NCBI GenBank assembly: GCA_002269645.1
Contig: NIVC01002639.1
Coordinates: forward strand, 89,879-153,878
Source: Macrostomum lignano
Taxonomy: Eukaryota
Reading direction: 5' to 3'
Length of the DNA stretch: 64,000 bases
The position numbers and the translations under genes are program-made. How positions within the stretch are numbered: position 1 is the first letter of the stretch; each line of letters begins with the position of its first letter. Below are positions 1 through 9,067 of this stretch, one piece after another. The notes below the pieces were generated by a model, which had not been told where the DNA came from, searched no databases, and worked only from the letters and a program-made list of their open reading frames with translations.

Positions 1-2136
1 TACAAATTCAGGTTGCCTTTCCTGGCTCGTCGATTGAGGGCCAGGTGCCAGCCCTCGACTTAATTGTTTGTGCGCTCCCTCTGCCTGTAGACAGATAGTT
101 CGTCCAGACTCCAGATACTGCTTGACAGCCATGTCTGCTCCACGTAGCGACACAGCCACACTAATGCCTCGGAGTTTGCTGAATCCACCAGAGTTCCGAA
201 TGCAGTATAGATATGCGGCGCTGGCAGGTAGATGAGAGCCATCAGCTTCTTGCAAAAAAGCTGTGTCTCCTTATCGGTTGTGTAGGTCGCAGAAAGGCCA
301 AGGTCTTGAATTTTTCGAAAAATGCTCTGTGCGAAGTGAAATGAGCATCCCTGCAGCTGAGTTTCGGGGCAGGTTTGATGCAAAGCCTCCCACATAGCTG
401 CTTCAAAGTCGAGCACAGCTGCCGTGGGTCGAGCTCCTGTCAGCTTGATCAGCCGCTTAAGTACATGAACGTAGTCGTGTTTTGATTTTCCAGACATAAG
501 GATGAAGCACAGAGGTACCTGCTTTTCCTTTCCGTCTTGATGGATAAGACCGTGAACTAAAAATGTACAGGATTGGATTAGTATTTGGTATTAAACGTTT
601 AGTATAGTTGGATTTAGTATTTAGTAGTTTATATCAGTAGTAAGATTTAGTTATATAGATTAGTATTAAAAGATTTAAAGCAAATTAAAAAGTAACTCAC
701 CGGAATAAAGCTGCATAAACGGATTTTTAACAACGTAGAATGTTCCATCCATGAACCATTGATTCATAGTAGTCAGAATCTCCAGTTGCTCATCAGTGGC
801 AAACAACAAATGGCGCTTATGGGTTCTGGCCACGGTGATGTCCGCTTTAAGAAAGTTGGAGGGGAGGGCCAGCTCTTGAAGTTCAAATCGAAGATCATGT
901 GGATGATGAGGCTGGCTTCCTGCGCAATATCGGTTAGCGTTTCTAGCCAGCTGCTCAACTGCTGGAAGATTAGCGCCCTGCTCACCTCGCAGTGCCTGTG
1001 CTATTAGGGCACTTTCAGCAATCTCTGCCGCTGATTCAAATCGGCATCGCTTTGCTTCGTGTTTCACTTCCCATTGAATTTCTCTTTTGAGGCCGCCGGA
1101 CATGTTGGGCTCGCAGATGTGTTGTCAGCTTACGTGAAAAGCGCCATCAATTGTCTCTTTAACCGAGCCGTTACAGGTCAAAGCACCGTTTCGAACCACG
1201 CATTTCCAGTATTTACACCCAGCTTTACCTCCATTTCTTCCCAGAATATAACCACGGGAAGATACAAGCAAATCGCCGCCACGTTCGCTTACGCCCCGCT
1301 TTAGTTGAAACTGCTCTGGCTCCACGTGCATTACTTGAGCAGGAAGAGCTGCCGGTGGCGCGGCGAAAGCTGCTGGTGGATCGGCAAAAGCTGGCAGATT
1401 GGCGAAAGCTGCTGGTGGATCGGCAAAGGCTGCAGGCAGATCGGCGGGAGCTGCTGGTGGCTCGGCGAAAGCTGCTGGTGGATCGGCAAAGGCTGCAGGC
1501 AGATCGGCGGGAGCTGCTGGTGGCTCGGCGAAAGCTGCTGGTGGATCGGCAAAGGCTGCAGGTGGCTCGGCGAAAGCTGCTGGTGGATCGGCAAAGGCTG
1601 CAGGCAGATCGGCAGGAGCTGCTGGTGGCTCGGCGAAAGCTGCTGGTGGATCGGCAAAGGCTGCAGGCAGATCAGCGGGAGCTGCTGGTGGCTCGGCAAA
1701 AGCTGCTGGCGGATCGGCTGAACCCAGATCAGAAAACTGGCTTGTGCCAACCTTACCAGTACCATTGAGCGTCTGCGTCTGTGTGTGAAAAATTTGTTAT
1801 CGCTTTGTTATCACTACGAGATTTACATCAAGCTTAAACTTTGCAGCATGGCCGAAAATATCAACAATTACATGTACCGTAGCATAGCATGTAAACAGTA
1901 ATTAATATATAATAGAATCCTTTATACTACAGTAGCTGCTGCCAGTCTCTTACCTCATTTTTTCCAGTGCACTTTGAGCATTGCCAATTAAAGGAATGTT
2001 CCATCAAAGCATGGTATTCCTTTCGGCTCAAACCAGTGCCGCAAAGACGGTGCTGCCATAGCTGACAAGAATCGCACTGTAAAGCATGCTGCCGATAACT
2101 CACTTCTTTCTGGCATTCAATGCACATGTCAGTCAT
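1..2136 (-). pseudogene. Decayed Mutator-like (MULE) transposase: PHD finger + Ala/Pro repeat linker + FLYWCH-like domain + MULE DDE domain, two introns, runs off the window start
   Basis: Exons 2136-1954, 1778-701 and 556-<1, with GT-AG introns 1779-1953 (phase 0) and 557-700 (phase 1); splicing keeps the frame. Motifs: C4HC3 PHD (CIEC..CDSC..HRLC..CSKC), YWKC..C (FLYWCH-like), WFMDGTF, QLYS|VHG, VLDFEAA, GCSFHFAQ, RTNN*VEGWH. In-frame stops at 1125-1127 (TGA) and 60-62 (TAA). Confidence 0.85.
1355..1720. repeat. ~21-bp coding minisatellite inside the transposase linker (ADPPAAF/AEPPAA repeats)
   Basis: Tandem gctgctggtggatcggcaaaag variants; frame open from 1778 to 1331. Confidence 0.85.
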
Positions 2137-2339
2137 ATTTCAGTAGCGCACACACTATATTGAATGTGTTTTTGTTATAATTATTAAAATGAATCCTTTA
2201 ACACGTTGAATACTGTCATCTTATTGAAATGATGTTCAAAACGATGGCTTTATTAAAACTGTATACAAAAACTTTAGCTGGGGTGGATGCGATGTAATGA
2301 AGAATTGAGTGGTACAAGCAGGCCTAATTTCATTGGTTG

Positions 2340-2424
2340 CCGCAGCAGACGAGTAGGCAAAACGTTGCAAACCAATTCGTCTGCTGAGCAGACGAACTGG
2401 CGGCAGACGAATTGACTGGCACCC
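2340..2424 (-). mobile_element. Candidate left terminus/TIR of the MULE element
   Basis: Four copies of CAGACGA (one inverted) in 85 bp, ~200-290 bp upstream of the transposase ATG; minus strand begins GGGTGCCAGTCAATTCGTC. The partner end is outside the window. Confidence 0.35.
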
Positions 2425-3284
2425 TCGGTATATCGGCCGATACCCCCAAATTTCCAAAGCAATTTTTTTCCTTTTTTCAGTTGCAATTGCAAGTGACTGT
2501 TAAGGAAGAGAAAGGTATCCAAATCGAAAGAATAACAATTAACAAACAAATAGAGTAATTAGGCTTAATATGCACTAGAAATACATTAAGGGGATATGTG
2601 GATCTCAAGCCCTTGCTTTCTGACAACAGCTAACCGATACCCCCAAAAAAAAATCCTGGCTACGCCCCTGATTAGGCCTACAGTACAATATTAGCAAAAA
2701 TTATAATTCAATTTACTATCAATGTTATCAATTTATAGTATCAATTTTATAGTGACAAACAGCATAGTAGGCCTCATTTTCCACATAGGCCAACCAATAA
2801 ATATAATATTAATAAGTCAAATAGATTGGAATCTGATGAGTTTAATAGGCCTAGCCATAGCCCATAGGCCTATTAGTATTGACAGTGTTAGGCACTATTA
2901 ATAAAAATCTTAACTTCCATTAATGGCAAAAGTGTTAGTGTTAAAACAAAAATTCCTCACTTATTAACTCTTAATTTTGTTAAGTTAACTGAAAGTTGAT
3001 TGATAATTGTTAATAATCATTTATCCCTTAAACAATATAAACAACAATAACAAAGTTAATATAGGCCTAGAAAATATTGAAATCTTGCACCTTTTTCCAA
3101 AACAGACTTCATAATGCACTATCTTTGCTTTTCCATCTTTTTAGTAAAATATAGAAGTCATCCAAGTGATTTACAAGCTAAAAAAGTAACACATAATAAT
3201 TTAAAATCTTGTATATAATACTACTTAAAGTAAGCATGTGTTAAAAGAAATGACTTTTTTATTTGAAACTGTCTAAGATAAGAT

Positions 3285-4230
3285 AGTTTTCTTAACACTA
3301 ACTAAGTAAATCCGGTGCCTTAGCCATTGAAAGGCTCTTATGCTACTAGAAATAATTGGGTTCCAGATTGGGTTCCTTGTTGTTGATGTTGTTCCAGATT
3401 GGGAGAGTACAAATATACACAAGGTTTCTAAGTTAGAGAGAGTGACTGTGGCCAACAAGCTAAGCAGGCAACATTAGTCAAGCAAAGGGCAGGCCCTACC
3501 CCCTGCCTTCAGGGTATTAAGCCTACTCCGAGCTCAAATCAAAACCTCCCTAGGGCTAGAAAGGGTTGAGTAAACCATTCAGAAAAGCCTGTGCCTTTTC
3601 CAAGGTTAGAAATGCCAAAAAACTGGTCATGAGACTGCCCCCACGGCCATGGCAACCCAAAAGAGCCTTCCTACCCACTAAACCCCAGGTACTCTTGCTA
3701 GATAGTCTCTTATCTTTGAAGCGGCAGGAAGGCTAATTGCCGGGACTTTTCACCCTTTGCTTTGCCAACCTGCCATTTTTATAAGGCCGTGCCAATAGCC
3801 CCGTTCTGGTCAGACTCAGTCCCGGTTCTGGCACACTTTAGCTTTAATAGAGTCGCTGGCTGTTCGCTCAGAGGACACTCCAAGGGGGACCCTCAGAGCA
3901 TCAATTGGAACAAGTATAGGCCTGCCTTCCTATATAGCTACCGACAGCCCTTCCTGATCAACTATTACCCTCCAACCCAGCCTACTAACTTGTCATAAGC
4001 TTTCAGCCAGGTAGAGAAAAGTGTCACAGGGGTACAAGACAAAACCATGGATAGTTTTTTTAATCTAAATCTAAATCTAAATAGGTGATTCTGGCGTCTC
4101 AGCCATTGAACAGGCTCTTATGCCACTAAAGATAATTTGGGTACCAAATTGGGAGTTTGTACACAAGGTTTCTAAGCTAGAGTGAGAGTGTCTATGGCCA
4201 ACAAGCTGAGCAAGCAGTTTTCTAGGTTCA
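3285..4230 (-). mobile_element. Two tandem, decayed 3' ends of a probable non-LTR retrotransposon
   Basis: ~150-bp direct repeat (3310-3470 vs 4090-4225: agccattgaa.ggctcttatg ... acacaaggtttctaag.tagag ... tggccaacaagct). One copy ends in an (ATTTAG)n tail on the minus strand (4065-4082). Confidence 0.45.
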
Positions 4231-4992
4231 ACAGCCTTATACTAGTAGACAATCCCGCAGGAGCACAATTTCCCATTGCTTCTACTACTTTCCAAAGGTT
4301 GAACTACTATTAGTAATGTAAAAGCAAAACTGCTTATTCTCAACTTTGGGTTACTAAATAAATTCTTCTTGACAAATAGGACTCCAACTGGTAAACACCT
4401 TAGCAAAACTGCTTTGAAAATAGCCCCCCCCCTACTACAATAATGTCAATGTTGCCCAACAGGACCGTATATAATGACTTGATCTATGAGATTTATGTAG
4501 GTCCTCCTTGCACATAGATAAAGGTGAAATGGTTCAATAAAAATCATTTTTTATGATTTTGATTAATTCTTTGTTATTTTTATCTAAACTGACTAGGGCC
4601 TATGATAAAGCTTTTTTAGTATAAGTAATATTTAAATTAATAAGTTAAAATGACAATTATTTTATTTATATATGATAATAATTATGTTTTATTAAATATT
4701 ATATTTTAAAAATATAAATATTATTAACTATACTTATGCTATTAAACTTAGGGCCTAGGCTAAAGAGTTTTATAAAAGTGTTACAGGCCTTTTGGCTCTC
4801 TATGTAAGTCCTACCGTTATGCCACCAAGCTGTGCTAGTGCTCTTCCCTGTACACTGAGAATCCCACCCATTAGCCACCAGCTGTGTAGGGTTACTTTTC
4901 TAATTCCTATTATTGACTGTTCTAAAGCTGCCACCAAAGTTGTTACAAGGGTTATTCCTTCTTATTAATATTGCTGGTTATTACATGCCTTT

Positions 4993-5105
4993 TACTAATA
5001 GCGTATGTACTTCTATTGGTAGCGTATATACTCTTATTGGTAGCATATGTACTTTTATTGGTAGCGTATGTACTTTTACTGGTAGCGTCTATACTTCTAT
5101 TGTAC
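4993..5105. repeat. 21-bp minisatellite (~5 copies)
   Basis: ttggtagcgtatgtactttta variants. Confidence 0.75.
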
Positions 5106-6389
5106 TTTCTGGCCTGAGCAGTCTTTTAGGCACTGTCTATCCTATTCCTATACTCCTCTAAAGATATTATTCTCAGTCCTGAGCGTTCCCGGGATCAGAG
5201 GGTCACAGCGCACTTTGCTGGGTATTCTGCCCTGAGGCAGGTTTCTCAGACTCTGAGTCTGGGTTTCTCTACCCTGTGGTAGGATCTCTGCCTCCTAAAG
5301 GCAATTTCTCAGATCCTAGATCTGGTTGTCTTGTTCTCTGAGAACGGGTTGAACTCTCCCAATCTTGGGGCTTCTGATGCTTTCTAAAATAACTAAGTCA
5401 GTAAGTATCGAGCAATATACTAGAACATTTTTAAGCTTGAAGCCAGCAAAGCACAAGTTGCTCTCCTTCTTATTCGGCTTGTGTATTTATACTCCTCTTG
5501 ATTTGGTCTTTTAAACAAATAAAATTTCATAATATTTAAAATATTTACAATATTACTAATATTATACCTATTAAAACAAAATAGTCTAGTTTCAAATATA
5601 CTACTTTCTAATAAATGAACAATGCTAAAATAAGGCCTACCTCAAAAGGACTATTTAATTAAATATGTTAATTTTTTATTATCAAACATATTAAATGTTG
5701 TCATTGTTTGAATTTATGAGATCTATTAAATCTTAATAATTTTTTAAACACCTATTAGATAAATACTACTCAAATATTAGGTGCTTAGTCTTTTGTATAT
5801 AGACAATTTTGATTTGGTATTATAAAAACAAATCCAAACTCATTTTCAATCAAAGAAAGCTACACTATCATGTAAGTACAATAATTAGAGATAATTGACT
5901 TAATTTTTTATTAAGTCAATTAATTTGCAAAGTAAATTTGTAAAGAGGTTTATGTCATGGTCATGTGATAAGAAACAGTTATAAATCATGACAATTTGAA
6001 ATTATTTTCATTGCTTATTTTGTACAATCCACATAATATGACTGCTTTTTGCATATTGAAGTATATAGGTGTGTGGCCTGTTGTTGTTGGTTTGTCTCAG
6101 GGTGGTCTCGAAGTCCTCTATAGGAGCACTGCCACCAGTGAAGTACAGGCTTCTGCAATGTTGACTGGAGAATGGAGATGGCATGGAGAGTCTCCTGGCA
6201 CAGGTTGGTGACCTCTAGGTGCTGGTTTCTTAGAAACTAGTTCTCGTAGTGTAGGTAGTGCTGCCACCAGCTTCGCAGAGTCGCAGCCTTTGGTGAGGTG
6301 CTAAGCTTGTAGAAGCAAATAAGTAAGAGGAGAGAAAAAAAACTCGCACTTCATGCAGATTTAGCAGTTCTCGCATAGAGGTGCCCACC

Positions 6390-7243
6390 GTCAGCAGTCC
6401 CTGCTGGGCTGGTGCGGGGTGAGAGCAAAAGTGCTAGCTTTGGGCGATCTGAGCTGGCCTGCTAATTGATAGCAAGAGCAATCAGAGGCAGACACGCACA
6501 AAGTCGGGACTCTTGGGAGTTCAAACTCAGACGCAAACTTGGTATACACTCTTGGAAACAGCAGAGAAAGCAGGTTGGCAGGTAGGCTAAATGCTGGAAA
6601 TGCGGAAAGGAGAAAGGAGTCTGGAGCAAGGGCACAGAAAGGCTGAACACGCGGAAAGGCCAAAAGGCTTGTCTGAGCCAAGCCATGAGAGGGGCCGCAT
6701 TTATAGGGAGGATCGATTGCACCATAGCACAAAAGACCCCTGTTGAGAGTCATAAGTGACTCTGTTGCTATTTTTAGCAACAAACAAGCGGGCCCTGCCT
6801 CAGAGGAGGCAAGGGGGTCCAAGCGCATGTGATCTCCCCATAAACACGAGCCCAACATATAATGATGAAATCATTGCACTTTGGACTAAAGAAGGAAGAA
6901 GGCCTTGTCATGTGACTGACTCATATGACAAGGGGAAAAGGCCCACAAGTGAAGGCACTCGTGACTGTGGGACCGGAAAATGGAATGGCACTCCAAATTT
7001 GGAGATGCCAAACAGAGAACAAAACAGAGGCAAGCCAGACCAAGCTGTCTTGGCACTGCAAAAAAAAACAAAACAAAAGGGGGCAAACAAGGACAAATAG
7101 GCAGACAGGCAAACAGGCAGAGGACAGGCCAGAAGACAGGCAAGAGGGACAAGCAACTGCCTAGCAGCAGACAGAAGCCTGGGGCGAGGGTGAGAGCAAC
7201 AGCTGACTAGTGCGGCGCCTAACTAAACTAGCAACTCACTACA
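6390..7243 (-). mobile_element. Possible solo-LTR-like remnant
   Basis: Minus strand starts TGTAGTGAG at 7243 and has a TATA-like CTATAAAT near 6700; no coding homology. A matching end or TSD was not found. Confidence 0.25.
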
Positions 7244-7489
7244 ATATTGTATACATGAATTGTTGCATATCATCTGCAAATGTGCTATGAGATGGTGGCA
7301 TGCATGGCAGGCATGCTACTCATTTGTTAGTAGGTTTATTATTTCAAAAAATATTTATTGAGCCTACTAAAAGTCTGAAAAACTATACAGAACCACTATG
7401 AATCAATTCTTTCATTGATTTCATTGCTTTTTCCACTGGGTGATATGCTAATAAATAATAAACAGGGATAATATAATATTTATTATCAA

Positions 7490-7611
7490 ACACTTTAGAA
7501 ATGCAGAGTTAAGTGTCTTGTTTAAGTGCACAAATTGTTCCAATGGTATTGGTAATCAAAACCTTAACCTTCAAGTCATAAATCTAATACTCTAACTATT
7601 AGGCTATAACC
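7490..7611 (-). mobile_element. Decayed tRNA-derived SINE (head + CORE-like part)
   Basis: Reverse complement ggttatagcctaatagttagagtattagatttatgacttgaagg... aligns with the intact SINE at 39563. Confidence 0.75.
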
Positions 7612-7628
7612 CACTTGAAAAGCTCAAT

Positions 7629-7880
7629 CCATTTGGAACAATTTGTGTCCTTGAGCAAGGCACTTAACTCTGCATTGCTTCAGTTCACCTAGCTGTAAAA
7701 TGGGTACCAACATTGGCTAGGGTAATTGAATTTATATATAGCAACCCTTAGTCCTTAGACTGAATAGCAGTATATAGCCTTAAGAATAAGATGCATTATG
7801 CAATATCTGCAGCTAAGCTATTGGTTGCATATCTGGTCCAATTGGAGTAGGTGCAATCAGGTATTATTCTTATTCTTATA
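7629..7880 (+). mobile_element. Decayed 5'-truncated copy of the same SINE
   Basis: tggaacaatttgtgtccttgagcaaggcacttaactctgcattgcttcagttcacctagctgtaaaatgg ... ggttgcatatctggtccaatt matches 39632-39815. Confidence 0.8.
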
Positions 7881-8832
7881 TAGCAATAAAACAGAAAATA
7901 AGTTCTTTCTTTCTCAACATTTTTCTACTTATCAAAAAAGAAGCAATTCCCTCTAGGCTATCAAGCACAGGTGATATGCTTGCAGCTTATATATTCTGTA
8001 GGTTTGGACTTGGACACAATGGCTCTAAGGTAATTAATTAAAACTGCAAAGGCATGAGGCAGAAAACTTTGTAGTTTGATTTCAAATGTTTGAATAATAT
8101 CAAATTACAATTAGGTATTATCAAGTTTAGCTATATAGACTGCTTATTTTACTTTGATGTTTCATAATTGCATTAATATGAAATATAAGTCGTGAAGTAA
8201 AAAGTACAATGCCCAACTTGATCAATTTTAACTGAAATAAAATATGCTGACTCTATATGCATAGTTTGGTAGGTAGTGATTCAATAGGCTAGAACCTTTA
8301 CATTTTATGTACATTTTAGCATTAAATCTTGTATTAAATAGTTTTTTGCAACTGTCTGATTGATGTATTAGAGCAATTATTTAAAAAACTGATTAAGAAT
8401 TTACAAATTGAAATTGAATTTAAATCTATCTGTTTTGTTTGGGCTGCAGGTTGTGTTGGAGTACATTTATCGATATCAGTAAAAGAAAAAATATGCACCC
8501 AAACCCCAAAGACTAACAAACATCAAGTAAAGAAAATGAATTGTAGCAGTCCACTGCTTAGTGGGTACTCTAGCTCTTGCTCTATGCCTGCTACGTCAAA
8601 GTTAAGATCTAGCGAGACAAAAATAACTTGCTCAGATTAGCACTCCATTCTATTCTTTCCTCGATGATCACACTACCCTGTAGCTTGCTATTCAGATTTC
8701 ACAATTGATCCTTATTTTCTGCTTCAACTTAGCAGAAATATTTTTCAACAGCTACGCTATTTAAGCGCGTCAAATTCTATTCAGTCTACTTTCAGCGGCA
8801 GTAGAAGCATTAAACAACTATTATTGCATTCA

Positions 8833-9067
8833 ATGGCTGAACAAAGACAATCTGAGCAATTGCAATTTGTTAACCGGCTGAATCCGGTCACTGGCGAGAT
8901 GGAGTGGACCCTACTGCCTGTTGATTATGACTATCGCCAAGAGATTGCCTGCTCAGCCTATGGCGACATGCTGCACGATACAGCTAGGAATAAGGCCTAT
9001 TATAATGCCCTGCGTAGAGCGATTGAACGCATGCCTAGGCCTGTCAGAGTGCTGGATATTGGCACTG
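8833..9067 (+). CDS. PRMT7: PRMT7 exon 1
   Basis: ATG GCT GAA ... VLDIGT G|gtgagt. Confidence 0.9.

Noticed and set aside
60-62. Stop-codon readthrough or an alternative genetic code to explain in-frame stops in the MULE and LOA ORFs
   Set aside because: The stops are of all three types and co-occur with frameshifts, while host genes use TGA and TAG normally. Ordinary decay explains them.
1305-1788. Plus-strand ORFs over the 21-bp repeat (leucine-zipper-like RRKLLVD, AKAAGGS)
   Set aside because: Antisense shadows of the transposase linker frame.
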